Shown here: piece after piece, positions 50,316-63,895 of the stretch
Position numbering within the stretch: position 1 is the stretch's first letter
Layout: each line of letters starts with the position of its first letter
DNA from: Balanoglossus misakiensis
Lineage: Eukaryota > Animalia > Hemichordata
DNA length: 64,000 nt
Assembly: GCA_040954595.2 (NCBI GenBank)
Contig: CM082577.2
Location: 12,653,803 to 12,717,802, forward strand
Reading direction: 5' to 3'
Position numbers and translations under genes: made by a program
Notes under the pieces: generated by a model
What the model was told of the DNA's origin: nothing
Databases searched by the model: none
What the model saw: the letters and a program-made list of their open reading frames with translations, nothing else

Positions 50316-51687
50316 CATGCCAGTGTTAGCAGATCTAAAGCACCTGGCATCCCTAAGCTATGGTATGGGTGTACACCATTGGGTGTCTCACCGAGGAAAT
50401 CTTTCCAGGAGAAATTCTCAAATGTTGTCATTGCTCAGTGGTATTTCAGTTTTTTTTTCTTCTGCATGAAGACCTCAACCTCTCTCCTCGCCTTAACCCG
50501 AATCACCTGACTAAAATCCTGCCGAAATCGGTGACTGTTCTTTCATTTATAACAGCGTATTGATTGCTGCCTTGTATCTGTGCTTCACAGCCAGCCCAAT
50601 AAACCGCTTTTCATGGAACCAATAATGTAAATTATATTACCATGGCCAGTGCGTCGCATTTTAATTGGTCGAGATGAACGACGTCACTGACAACAAATAC
50701 TCCATAATGGTTTGTTTACTTGCCCGTAAATCTGAATAGTAATATTAGCAAACAGTTCAGTGAATACAACATTTTGCGTAACACAAGTTCCGGGGCCCCT
50801 AGTCTTTTGCGTGGGACATGTTCGTACGTTTTGACGATTTTCTTGAGTTCGATGGTAATATAGTGGAAATAACCGACTCCGCCCTGACCATTAAATTCAT
50901 GGGCTCGGTAGCCTCGCCCATGAAGTTTTGGCTTTCCCCTCGCCCTTGCCCATGAACAAACGTTAATGGTCAGGGCGTCGCCCAATATTTCTATAATATC
51001 ACACAAACAATTTGAATGTAGTAGGCAAAGAAATGCTATATGGTTTCTTTCTAACGTATCCCATTAAAATGGTTTTGAGACAACGCTGACAAATAATATA
51101 ATTTTAAAATTCAGAGAATGACTAGTAGTATCTGTCGATACCGAGAAAACCTACTGCCGTAATTAACAGAAGTTTTTCTTATGGGTAAATGCTATTGTCT
51201 TTTTCAAATTTCTTTCACTGGTGATTTCTCTTGAGGTAGTCGATCGAAGGGGATACCTTTCCGAGGAGTTGATTGTACTGAACCTTGCTTTAAACATTTC
51301 TGTAAGCGTTGTGAAAGTCACAAATGATACAGTTATTGGTCTGCTGCTAAATGTCTCTACAGACTACACTACGTTGCTACAGACTTGTTTTTTTTTTTAT
51401 TATGGTAAACGAATTGAACATCGAATTTTTAGTGACAATAATAAAACGTGACATTGCAATACATCCTATAAAAAGAAACACATGGCGTACAACACCTGCT
51501 TTTTTAAGATAACAAGTTTAAATATTTTGTGTTAACTTACAATCGGTGAAGGTGTTCCCATCGATAATTATTTTGTTGGTTGACAAACAAGTCCTTGATA
51601 TTTCCTTTGGTCGTTTTTTGCCTCTCCTGCACACTTCCTCTGCGGCATCTTTCAACGACTGTCGGTTCTTATTCAGAGGCGACCCAT

Positions 51688-52305
51688 TTAGGATGGACCA
51701 AAGGTTGCACAGGTATACAGATTGACTCTTTCATAGGGATGACTATAATATTCACCAATGACTCCCTGGCTGGAACGTCCGTCCCCCGCACGGAGAGTTC
51801 CGGACCGAATAAAGCCATTGGTTGGCGACCCCGGAACGTGGTCATTAAACATGTCATCTATTAATTTTCCCTTCTTTTGTCCCTGTAGCCGCTTCTGCTC
51901 GTGGATCCTGTTTCGGAGTAGTTCGCAGTATTCCCTGCGCGCCTTTTCTGCCAATTCCTGCTTCTTGGCCGCTTTCTCCATGGCGTGACTTTGTTCTCCG
52001 TCACCTGCCACAGTCGCGGTGATCCCCGCGCTCATCAGAGCGGCCTTTGCGCTCTTGTACTCCTCCGCCTCCCTCCGTCTTCCCTCCGCTTGTTTTATCT
52101 TCTGGTTCAGAGTGTAGACGGTGTGGGGAGTGTTAGGTCTTCTGTCCAGAAAACTGACGCGCCTTGGTGGCGCTTTGACCGGCTTGGAGATGTCGAACTC
52201 CAGTTTATCGGCTACGTTTCTGCGTCCCTCGGCGATGGATGTCTTGGCCGAGATGTTAGAAGTTTGATAGATAGATAGATAGTTTATTTCACCAGAAAGA
52301 TACAT
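51688..52305 (-). CDS. GC-rich coiled-coil coding segment, weakly stathmin-domain-like (left-arm copy)
   Basis: 205-codon ORF with coding-like composition; KAPPRR..L...LNQKIKQAEGRRREAEE recalls stathmin K..AEERR; exon limits uncertain. Confidence 0.4.
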   Translation of the reverse strand: MYLSGEINYLSIYQTSNISAKTSIAEGRRNVADKLEFDISKPVKAPPRRVSFLDRRPNTPHTVYTLNQKIKQAEGRRREAEEYKSAKAALMSAGITATVAGDGEQSHAMEKAAKKQELAEKARREYCELLRNRIHEQKRLQGQKKGKLIDDMFNDHVPGSPTNGFIRSGTLRAGDGRSSQGVIGEYYSHPYERVNLYTCATFGPS

Positions 52306-53736
52306 TTCACATGATTGGTGCGGACCAGGGAAGTAGTTCTAGTGGAACTAGTCATGTCCCAGGCTCTACATTGTGTGCAGTGGTTGATCATATCAAAAGT
52401 CCTTTTAAAATCAAAATTTTCCCATTGCTGACTGTACACATTACATTTAGACCAGACAGAATACAAATCTTGTTCATCGGATTTTTTGGACCAAGTTCCA
52501 GGAGCGGCGAGCGACTATTGTTTATTTTTTTAGGCTGAAGGTAAATGCGGTTCTCTGGCATATTTGCACAGATGCAGACATACCCCATCTACTGTACCAC
52601 ATTAGTGAAGATAGCATGTAACAACCAAGGCCCATCAGTGCAGCACTTCTGCAAGCCGCAAGTATGTATAATGCAGAGTGAAAAAGAACGCGACCTATCA
52701 GGTTTTGTGACAGATATGTAAATCTTTTGAAGACTGGGCAAAGAAAGCCATGATTGTGAGTTTTAAAACTATTAAAGCTAGAAAGGTCCATCTAACAGTT
52801 TGGAGCGGAGATTTCACAAAGGCAGTGTAATTGTAGAGATTTGCGCCATAATTTATGGATGTTTAGAGCACCTGTGAACAGGCTGGGCATACCAAAAGAC
52901 AACTCATTTTCCATTTACAAACGAAGCAACCATACTATTTGTCATTCTAAACACGTTAATTATTCAATAAGAACCCCGTTTCTTCTCTTTCGCAACACTT
53001 TTTGCTTATATGTTTCCTTGAATGAGAAGAGCACAGGGCTTGTGTCTGTGGTCATACTGACAACAAAAACCCAACATATCTTTTCCCTTTGTCCAAACTT
53101 GTAGAAATACCCAGAAACCAGCGCAGTATAATTTGGAGGCTGGTGAACTCTGACCTCACTAGATTTCCCAACCCAGCTTGCAATACAACACGAAAAACAT
53201 GTTCGCCACAACCCCCCTCCTCCTACAACTACCCTTACCAACACTAAAATGGTAACCAAATATAAAAACCGCACATGAGTAATCATATTACACGACTGAC
53301 AGCGAGACGGATTATATTATACTGCAGATTTTATTATCATCGCATGCTTATTTTATCAGTTCTGAGATGCACGTCCCTTATAAGTCAACGTTGAAATTCA
53401 CAAATATTTGCCATAACCCACCACCAATAGTTCGATGTTTTGAAAGGAAACGGCGGTTCACCATTCATCGTCTTAAAAGGTATGGCATTGAGTTTTTTGG
53501 TCGTCTGAAAGATAAACAAAATATAATTTAAGTGACAGCATTGTGTGAAATGGCCAAATTACATGCATATAGACTACACTGTCGCATAAAGAACCTCAGT
53601 CATAATATATTGGAATATCTCGCGGGAATAACAGTGTCGAAATAACTGTCTCACGTGTGATATTCAAAGACGATGAAAGTTAAGTTTTACATAAGAATTA
53701 CTTCTTGAAACAATTCTTTAAAAGGTAAAAACCTAC

Positions 53737-54401
53737 CGCAGTCACCACCGAGCACGCTCACTTTCCCGCTTAAAGTCACAAAGCTTTCGAAGACATCCCA
53801 TGAAAAAAACATTACCAACTTTCTGTTCCACATCATCCTCATCTTCAGTATGGCGACAGTTTTGACAGGTAGTCAGCATACTGGCGACGCTCAAGCCGTA
53901 GTCGAACAACTGAAATCTGGTGAGGCTTCCGACGAATGCCTGCTTTTTATTCTGAGAGACAACACCCAATGTATCTTGATCCTGTCCCAAGAAGAAATAG
54001 CCCCCTCCTGGAATGATTTTATCTGTCGCCAGACCAAAGCCACTTCCGGCGTCTTCGCCATCAATAGATATGCGCCATAATCCTCCCCAAAATGACCACG
54101 CGGCACACACGTGGTGCCATTCCGAATCAGCCAGATTTAGGCCTGCACGCTCGGTTGAATACACTGATTCTGACGTGATATGTAATTTCAATCTCTTGCC
54201 ATAATCGTCGTGCCGAAGAAGGATGTCATTGCACAAATATTCTCCACTGCCGCAGTAGGAAAAAACTTAAGGTTGACTCTGATTGGCTCGCCGAATCAGT
54301 TTTCTGCCAAATACACGCAGTCATTGCTCTCAAGTCAGGAAAGGTTACATTAACTGTTACCTCTGTTTCTGTTGAACACAAAATGAACGTTTGGCCACTA
54401 G
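53737..54401 (-). pseudogene. Divergent pentraxin exon with two +1 frameshifts (left-arm copy)
   Basis: Mirror of 59141-59805. Confidence 0.75.
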
Positions 54402-55490
54402 CTAGAGAGAGAGAGATACACACACACATAGAGATTAAACTTTGTTAAGTAAAAAGCACCATAGCTCTATTTCGCAGACACATTTGAAAATACAAAAGTC
54501 TCTCTGTCGCTGCCCTCTTCCCATTAAGTATGTTTGATACAAGACAACGTTTATGTTATTCTACATGTGAATATATAGTGAATCAACGTTCAACAACACA
54601 CTCCTTCCATCCCACTTGTGGACACGAGAGTGAACAAAAATCGTAACATGTACATTAACATAATCGGTGTCTTGTATCAAACATAATTAATGGCAAAAAG
54701 GCAGCGATAGAGAGAGACAGACTTTGTCCAAGTCCCTTTAACTAATTTTCCATGATGTGCAGTTGTCCCGGTGCTTTAAAAAGGAGCACAGGGCGGTTTC
54801 ACAGGGACGTTTACCATCCACACATCCCAAGGCAACACCAAATTTAATGAAACTTGGAATCAGAATTAGATCTCACAGCCATCTGTAATAGATGCTGTAA
54901 AACACATTGAACCTGCGTCTTTTAGCGAATTTAAATTTTCAATACAAGGAAATCTTCACCATGTGGATAGAGAGCTTAGAAAGAACATTTATAATTAACG
55001 GCATTTGCACATCTTGATACATTGGCTTAAATTATAATAAGCCTGCTAAAAAGACATAATTTAAACTTTAAATTTTCATATTTATCAAAGTTCGATAAGT
55101 AACAATAAGTCTTATCAAACGTGAAGCTTGCAATGCTTTCCGACACTGCTTAGACTGTTAAGAGACACTTAACAGTTTCTAGCAAATAAACTTGAAATTT
55201 GCATATTTTAACGTTTTGTAATTACTTACGTGCATTTCTGTAGTTACGGTACAAAAACTTGATGAGCCATGTAATTTTCATGCGAGCTGAGGCCTTACGT
55301 ACCTCGCGAGCTATAGGCATATATGCCAAAATACTGTCCAAACTTGCTATAGACACTGTAGTTACCGTACAACAAAAGCACTTAGAAGATATCGTACAGC
55401 TTCGTGAAAATTTATTGTCGTTTTCGGATTTATCAACACAATTTTCACCAAAACACAGGAACACATTTATATATTATATTTGGTAGACTG

Positions 55491-55811
55491 GTTTTTAAAT
55501 GCTTTATAGCAGCGAACAAGAAACTCACGAGAGAAAATTGCTTCAAGGTCAAAGGTTATTGCAAAAACATGTCAATAAAAAAATTATCGTGAATTTCGGA
55601 TATTTGATGTGATCTAAAAAAGCGAAAGCAATATAGGTAAAGTATTTTCATGGGATAGTCTAAATAATTGATTGGATTTCTTATTTTGAATCTATTTGTT
55701 CTATTTTCCAATCGTTCTCGACTCGACTGTTTGGACATTTGCAATAAACTTTGACCTCGAAGCAATTTTCTCTCAGAAGTTTCTTATTGGCTGCTATAAA
55801 GCATTTAAAAA
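55491..55811. mobile_element. ~320-bp element with ~75-bp inverted ends (mirror at ~57731-58051)
   Basis: gtttttaaatgctttatagcagc..gagaaaattgcttc.aggtcaaag vs ctttgacctcgaagcaattttctc..gctgctataaagcatttaaaaac. Confidence 0.6.
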
Positions 55812-56092
55812 CAGAAGTCGTATCCGTATTTACATTTATCCAAGTCAGTGAAAGAAATGATAATATTTAAATATTATCTTTAAGTTTAACGAATCGCCGA
55901 TGACGGATTGTTATTAATCATCCTAAGGTCACGAAGCTGAGGATGATATGAGGATGAGGCTGGCGAATATGAGGATGAGGGTAAGGCCAACATTACGACC
56001 ATGTGTGCATGTGTTACTAAATGTTTGAACATCCGGGACACGCAGGGTAATTGGCATATCCCCCAGGCGGAACAGCTGCGTTTCCACAGCTA

Positions 56093-56610
56093 ATAACGAT
56101 GTAACCACACCATATAACGACGTATGCCCATCACCTTATAACGTAACCACACCATATAACGACGTATGTCCATCACCTTATAACGTAACCACACCATATA
56201 ACGACGTATGCCCATCACTTTATAACGTAACCACACCATATAACGATGTATGCCCATCAACTTATAATGTAACCACACCATATAACGACGTATGCCCATC
56301 ACCTTATAACGTAACCACACCATATAACGACGTATGCCCATCACCTTATAACGTAACCACACCATATAACGACGTATGCCCATCACCTTATAACGTAACC
56401 ACACCATATAATGACGTATGCCCATCACCTTATAACGTAACCACACCATATAACGACGTATGCCCATCACCTTATTACGTAACCACACCATATAACGACG
56501 TATGCCCATCACCTTATAACGTAATCACACCATATAACGACGTATGCCCATCACCTTATAACGTATGTGCATCACCTTATAACGTATGCCCATCACCTTA
56601 TAACGTATGC
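56093..56610 (+). repeat. 42-bp minisatellite, ~11 units plus shorter sub-units
   Basis: Unit ttataacgtaaccacaccatataacgacgtatgcccatcacc. Confidence 0.95.
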
Positions 56611-56931
56611 ACATCATTATATAAAGAATCCCCATGTCAACATAATTTTATGTCACTTAAGACAGCCACGGCTTTCCATATGCATCTTGGGATTAATGGA
56701 AGAAGTCGACCAATCAGGCCAATACGTTTACTTAAAACATTACATAACTTATCAATAGTTGTTCCATCGCAATGTTGCATAAAGACCTAATTTAGAACCA
56801 TAAATCTACTTCAGATATTTGTGAGTCTGAAATGTGGACAGATAAACATGATAAAGAATCCCCACTTCTGCCGTGGCTGTCTTAAGTGACATAAAATTAT
56901 GTTGACATGGGGATTCTTTATATAATGATGT

Positions 56932-57449
56932 GCATACGTTATAAGGTGATGGGCATACGTTATAAGGTGATGCACATACGTTATAAGGTGATGGGCATAC
57001 GTCGTTATATGGTGTGATTACGTTATAAGGTGATGGGCATACGTCGTTATATGGTGTGGTTACGTAATAAGGTGATGGGCATACGTCGTTATATGGTGTG
57101 GTTACGTTATAAGGTGATGGGCATACGTCATTATATGGTGTGGTTACGTTATAAGGTGATGGGCATACGTCGTTATATGGTGTGGTTACGTTATAAGGTG
57201 ATGGGCATACGTCGTTATATGGTGTGGTTACGTTATAAGGTGATGGGCATACGTCGTTATATGGTGTGGTTACATTATAAGTTGATGGGCATACATCGTT
57301 ATATGGTGTGGTTACGTTATAAAGTGATGGGCATACGTCGTTATATGGTGTGGTTACGTTATAAGGTGATGGACATACGTCGTTATATGGTGTGGTTACG
57401 TTATAAGGTGATGGGCATACGTCGTTATATGGTGTGGTTACATCGTTAT
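56932..57449 (-). repeat. 42-bp minisatellite, mirrored copy
   Basis: Reverse complement of 56093-56610. Confidence 0.95.
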
Positions 57450-59140
57450 TAGCTGTGGAAACGCAGCTGTTTCGCCTGGGGGATATGCCAATTACCCTGC
57501 GTGTCCCGGATGTTCAAACATTTAGTAACACATGCACACATGGTCGTAATGTTGGCCTTACCCTCATCCTCATATTCGCCAGCCTCATCCTCATATCATC
57601 CTCAGCTTCGTGACCTTAGGATGATTAATAACAATCCGTCATCGGCGATTCGTTAAACTTAAAGATAATATTTAAATATTATCATTTCTTTCACTGACTT
57701 GGATAAATGTAAATACGGATACGACTTCTGTTTTTAAATGCTTTATAGCAGCCAATAAGAAACTTCTGAGAGAAAATTGCTTCGAGGTCAAAGTTTATTG
57801 CAAATGTCCAAACAGTCGAGTCGAGAACGATTGGAAAATAGAACAAATAGATTCAAAATAAGAAATCCAATCAATTATTTAGACTATCCCATGAAAATAC
57901 TTTACCTATATTGCTTTCGCTTTTTTAGATCACATCAAATATCCGAAATTCACGATAATTTTTTTATTGACATGTTTTTGCAATAACCTTTGACCTTGAA
58001 GCAATTTTCTCTCGTGAGTTTCTTGTTCGCTGCTATAAAGCATTTAAAAACCAGTCTACCAAATATAATATATAAATGTGTTCCTGTGTTTTGGTGAAAA
58101 TTGTGTTGATAAATCCGAAAACGACAATAAATTTTCACGAAGCTGTACGATATCTTCTAAGTGCTTTTGTTGTACGGTAACTACAGTGTCTATAGCAAGT
58201 TTGGACAGTATTTTGGCATATATGCCTATAGCTCGCGAGGTACGTAAGGCCTCAGCTCGCATGAAAATTACATGGCTCATCAAGTTTTTGTACCGTAACT
58301 ACAGAAATGCACGTAAGTAATTACAAAACGTTAAAATATGCAAATTTCAAGTTTATTTGCTAGAAACTGTTAAGTGTCTCTTAACAGTCTAAGCAGTGTC
58401 GGAAAGCATTGCAAGCTTCACGTTTGATAAGACTTATTGTTACTTATCGAACTTTGATAAATATGAAAATTTAAAGTTTAAATTATGTCTTTTTAGCAGG
58501 CTTATTATAATTTAAGCCAATGTATCAAGATGTGCAAATGCCGTTAATTATAAATGTTCTTTCTAAGCTCTCTATCCACATGGTGAAGATTTCCTTGTAT
58601 TGAAAATTTAAATTCGCTAAAAGACGCAGGTTCAATGTGTTTTACAGCATCTATTACAGATGGCTGTGAGATCTAATTCTGATTCCAAGTTTCATTAAAT
58701 TTGGTGTTGCCTTGGGATGTGTGGATGGTAAACGTCCCTGTGAAACCGCCCTGTGCTCCTTTTTAAAGCACCGGGACAACTGCACATCATGGAAAATTAG
58801 TTAAAGGGACTTGGACAAAGTCTGTCTCTCTCTATCGCTGCCTTTTTGCCATTAATTATGTTTGATACAAGACACCGATTATGTTAATGTACATGTTACG
58901 ATTTTTGTTCACTCTCGTGTCCACAAGTGGGATGGAAGGAGTGTGTTGTTGAACGTTGATTCACTATATATTCACATGTAGAATAACATAAACGTTGTCT
59001 TGTATCAAACATACTTAATGGGAAGAGGGCAGCGACAGAGAGACTTTTGTATTTTCAAATGTGTCTGCGAAATAGAGCTATGGTGCTTTTTACTTAACAA
59101 AGTTTAATCTCTATGTGTGTGTGTATCTCTCTCTCTCTAG

Positions 59141-59805
59141 CTAGTGGCCAAACGTTCATTTTGTGTTCAACAGAAACAGAGGTAACAGTTAATGTAACCT
59201 TTCCTGACTTGAGAGCAATGACTGCGTGTATTTGGCAGAAAACTGATTCGGCGAGCCAATCAGAGTCAACCTTAAGTTTTTTCCTACTGCGGCAGTGGAG
59301 AATATTTGTGCAATGACATCCTTCTTCGGCACGACGATTATGGCAAGAGATTGAAATTACATATCACGTCAGAATCAGTGTATTCAACCGAGCGTGCAGG
59401 CCTAAATCTGGCTGATTCGGAATGGCACCACGTGTGTGCCGCGTGGTCATTTTGGGGAGGATTATGGCGCATATCTATTGATGGCGAAGACGCCGGAAGT
59501 GGCTTTGGTCTGGCGACAGATAAAATCATTCCAGGAGGGGGCTATTTCTTCTTGGGACAGGATCAAGATACATTGGGTGTTGTCTCTCAGAATAAAAAGC
59601 AGGCATTCGTCGGAAGCCTCACCAGATTTCAGTTGTTCGACTACGGCTTGAGCGTCGCCAGTATGCTGACTACCTGTCAAAACTGTCGCCATACTGAAGA
59701 TGAGGATGATGTGGAACAGAAAGTTGGTAATGTTTTTTTCATGGGATGTCTTCGAAAGCTTTGTGACTTTAAGCGGGAAAGTGAGCGTGCTCGGTGGTGA
59801 CTGCG
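59141..59805 (+). pseudogene. Divergent pentraxin exon with two +1 frameshifts (right-arm copy)
   Basis: PDLRAMTACIW, WHHVCAAW, LGQDQD, AFVGSLTRF; acceptor tctctag| and donor G|gtagg are phase 1; length 665=663+2; shifts at T-runs near 59280 and 59735. Confidence 0.75.
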
Positions 59806-61236
59806 GTAGGTTTTTACCTTTTAAAGAATTGTTTCAAGAAGTAATTCTTATGTAAAACTTAACTTTCATCGTCTTTGAATATCACACGTGAGACAGTTAT
59901 TTCGACACTGTTATTCCCGCGAGATATTCCAATATATTATGACTGAGGTTCTTTATGCGACAGTGTAGTCTATATGCATGTAATTTGGCCATTTCACACA
60001 ATGCTGTCACTTAAATTATATTTTGTTTATCTTTCAGACGACCAAAAAACTCAATGCCATACCTTTTAAGACGATGAATGGTGAACCGCCGTTTCCTTTC
60101 AAAACATCGAACTATTGGTGGTGGGTTATGGCAAATATTTGTGAATTTCAACGTTGACTTATAAGGGACGTGCATCTCAGAACTGATAAAATAAGCATGC
60201 GATGATAATAAAATCTGCAGTATAATATAATCCGTCTCGCTGTCAGTCGTGTAATATGATTACTCATGTGCGGTTTTTATATTTGGTTACCATTTTAGTG
60301 TTGGTAAGGGTAGTTGTAGGAGGAGGGGGGTTGTGGCGAACATGTTTTTCGTGTTGTATTGCAAGCTGGGTTGGGAAATCTAGTGAGGTCAGAGTTCACC
60401 AGCCTCCAAATTATACTGCGCTGGTTTCTGGGTATTTCTACAAGTTTGGACAAAGGGAAAAGATATGTTGGGTTTTTGTTGTCAGTATGACCACAGACAC
60501 AAGCCCTGTGCTCTTCTCATTCAAGGAAACATATAAGCAAAAAATGTTGCGAAAGAGAAGAAACGGGGTTCTTATTGATAATTAACGTGTTTAGAATGAC
60601 AAATAGTATGGTTGCTTCGTTTGTAAATGGAAAATGAGTTGTCTTTTGGTATGCCCAGCCTGTTCACAGGTGCTCTAAACATCCATAAATTATGGCGCAA
60701 ATCTCTACAATTACACTGCCTTTGTGAAATCTCCGCTCCAAACTGTTAGATGGACCTTTCTAGCTTTAATAGTTTTAAAACTCACAATCATGGCTTTCTT
60801 TGCCCAGTCTTCAAAAGATTTACATATCTGTCACAAAACCTGATAGGTCGCGTTCTTTTTCACTCTGCATTATACATACTTGCGGCTTGCAGAAGTGCTG
60901 CACTGATGGGGCCTTGGTTGTTACATGCTATCTTCACTAATGTGGTACAGTAGATGGGGTATGTCTGCATCTGTGCAAATATGCCAGAGAACCGCATTTA
61001 CCTTCAGCCTAAAAAAATAAACAATAGTCGCTCGCCGCTCCTGGAACTTGGTCCAAAAAATCCGATGAACAAGATTTGTATTCTGTCTGGTCTAAATGTA
61101 ATGTGTACAGTCAGCAATGGGAAAATTTTGATTTTAAAAGGACTTTTGATATGATCAACCACTGCACACAATGTAGAGCCTGGGACATGACTAGTTCCAC
61201 TAGAACTACTTCCCTGGTCCGCACCAATCATGTGAA

Positions 61237-61854
61237 ATGTATCTTTCTGGTGAAATAAACTATCTATCTATCTATCAAACTTCTAACATCTCGGCCAAGA
61301 CATCCATCGCCGAGGGACGCAGAAACGTAGCCGATAAACTGGAGTTCGACATCTCCAAGCCGGTCAAAGCGCCACCAAGGCGCGTCAGTTTTCTGGACAG
61401 AAGACCTAACACTCCCCACACCGTCTACACTCTGAACCAGAAGATAAAACAAGCGGAGGGAAGACGGAGGGAGGCGGAGGAGTACAAGAGCGCAAAGGCC
61501 GCTCTGATGAGCGCGGGGATCACCGCGACTGTGGCAGGTGACGGAGAACAAAGTCACGCCATGGAGAAAGCGGCCAAGAAGCAGGAATTGGCAGAAAAGG
61601 CGCGCAGGGAATACTGCGAACTACTCCGAAACAGGATCCACGAGCAGAAGCGGCTACAGGGACAAAAGAAGGGAAAATTAATAGATGACATGTTTAATGA
61701 CCACGTTCCGGGGTCGCCAACCAATGGCTTTATTCGGTCCGGAACTCTCCGTGCGGGGGACGGACGTTCCAGCCAGGGAGTCATTGTTGAATATTATAGT
61801 CATCCCTATGAAAGAGTCAATCTGTATACCTGTGCAACCTTTGGTCCATCCTAA
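61237..61854 (+). CDS. Stathmin-like coiled-coil coding segment (right-arm copy)
   Basis: Mirror of 51688-52305 with one amino-acid difference (G/V). Confidence 0.4.
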   Translation: MYLSGEINYLSIYQTSNISAKTSIAEGRRNVADKLEFDISKPVKAPPRRVSFLDRRPNTPHTVYTLNQKIKQAEGRRREAEEYKSAKAALMSAGITATVAGDGEQSHAMEKAAKKQELAEKARREYCELLRNRIHEQKRLQGQKKGKLIDDMFNDHVPGSPTNGFIRSGTLRAGDGRSSQGVIVEYYSHPYERVNLYTCATFGPS

Positions 61855-63225
61855 ATGGGTCGCCTCTGAATAAGAACCGACAGTCGTTGAAAGATGCCGC
61901 AGAGGAAGTGTGCAGGAGAGGCAAAAAACGACCAAAGGAAATATCAAGGACTTGTTTGTCAACCAACAAAATAATTATCGATGGGAACACCTTCACCGAT
62001 TGTAAGTTAACACAAAATATTTAAACTTGTTATCTTAAAAAAGCAGGTGTTGTACGCCATGTGTTTCTTTTTATAGGATGTATTGCAATGTCACGTTTTA
62101 TTATTGTCACTAAAAATTCGATGTTCAATTCGTTTACCATAATAAAAAAAAAAACAAGTCTGTAGCAACGTAGTGTAGTCTGTAGAGACATTTAGCAGCA
62201 GACCAATAACTGTATCATTTGTGACTTTCACAACGCTTACAGAAATGTTTAAAGCAAGGTTCAGTACAATCAACTCCTCGGAAAGGTATCCCCTTCGATC
62301 GACTACCTCAAGAGAAATCACCAGTGAAAGAAATTTGAAAAGACAATAGCATTTACCCATAAGAAAAACTTCTGTTAATTACGGCAGTAGGTTTTCTCGG
62401 TATCGACAGATACTACTAGTCATTCTCTGAATTTTAAAATTATATTATTTGTCAGCGTTGTCTCAAAACCATTTTAATGGGATACGTTAGAAAGAAACCA
62501 TATAGCATTTCTTTGCCTACTACATTCAAATTGTTTGTGTGATATTATAGAAATATTGGGCGACGCCCTGACCATTAACGTTTGTTCATGGGCAAGGGCG
62601 AGGGGAAAGCCAAAACTTCATGGGCGAGGCTACCGAGCCCATGAATTTAATGGTCAGGGCGGAGTCGGTTATTTCCACTATATTACCATCGAACTCAAGA
62701 AAATCGTCAAAACGTACGAACATGTCCCACGCAAAAGACTAGGGGCCCCGGAACTTGTGTTACGCAAAATGTTGTATTCACTGAACTGTTTGCTAATATT
62801 ACTATTCAGATTTACGGGCAAGTAAACAAACCATTATGGAGTATTTGTTGTCAGTGACGTCGTTCATCTCGACCAATTAAAATGCGACGCACTGGCCATG
62901 GTAATATAATTTACATTATTGGTTCCATGAAAAGCGGTTTATTGGGCTGGCTGTGAAGCACAGATACAAGGCAGCAATCAATACGCTGTTATAAATGAAA
63001 GAACAGTCACCGATTTCGGCAGGATTTTAGTCAGGTGATTCGGGTTAAGGCGAGGAGAGAGGTTGAGGTCTTCATGCAGAAGAAAAAAAAACTGAAATAC
63101 CACTGAGCAATGACAACATTTGAGAATTTCTCCTGGAAAGATTTCCTCGGTGAGACACCCAATGGTGTACACCCATACCATAGCTTAGGGATGCCAGGTG
63201 CTTTAGATCTGCTAACACTGGCATG

Positions 63226-63475
63226 TCATATACATTTGTTAGTCACGAGTTTGATAACTCCCCGTCTGTATAAATCTTGTAGGATGTGGAATTCGTTCGG
63301 CATTGTCATTTTTCTTTTCTTGTACGAAACTTGCTCATAATAATGGTGGCTGATGTCATTTCCGTCTCGATCTTGAGGGAATGGCCAAAATCCGTACAAA
63401 TGAATTTCCTCACAGAACAGCGTGGCAACCGTCAGCATGATAAATCCTTCGCTTGTCCCCGTATTGTTCCAAATA
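63226..63475 (-). CDS. Sialyltransferase last exon, mirrored copy
   Basis: Reverse complement of 50066-50315. Confidence 0.8.
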
Positions 63476-63895
63476 CTGAAATGAAAAATAAGCGGGTTAA
63501 AATTAACAAGACAAGTCACAAATGTTCAGTTCAAGTGCTGACGGACGATAACTGTTCTTTTTTTTTAAATTCTGTACTATCAATCACGTGATCGGGCTAT
63601 GTGACCAACAGCGTTGTCATTTCCAGATGACGGGCAAGCAATATTTCGGCATCCAGTAAAAACTTTTTTTCCGAGTACTTTACAACCGCCAGACACGTAA
63701 CATGTATCAGGTGCCTTATCAGCCTCATGGCGTTTCGTCTGCACTGTCTTTGTCTGGACCACGTTGTTGAAGTTGCCCGTTATCTGGAAATTTGAATGCC
63801 AACATAGCTGCCGTCTGAGCGCGTTTGACGTCATTTGATATCGAAGAATATAAAGTAAAAAAACATAACGATTTAATATTATATAAATGTCTTAC

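Noticed and set aside
56093-57449. CRISPR-like array or 14-aa repeat protein (YKVMGIRRYMVWLR)
   Set aside because: Contiguous 42-bp tandem units with no unique spacers; eukaryotic context; the ORF follows from unit length being a multiple of 3
60038-61230. Further degenerate exons (kringle- or pentraxin-like hints) downstream of the broken pentraxin exon
   Set aside because: Similarities are too fragmentary and stop-ridden to support without a profile search
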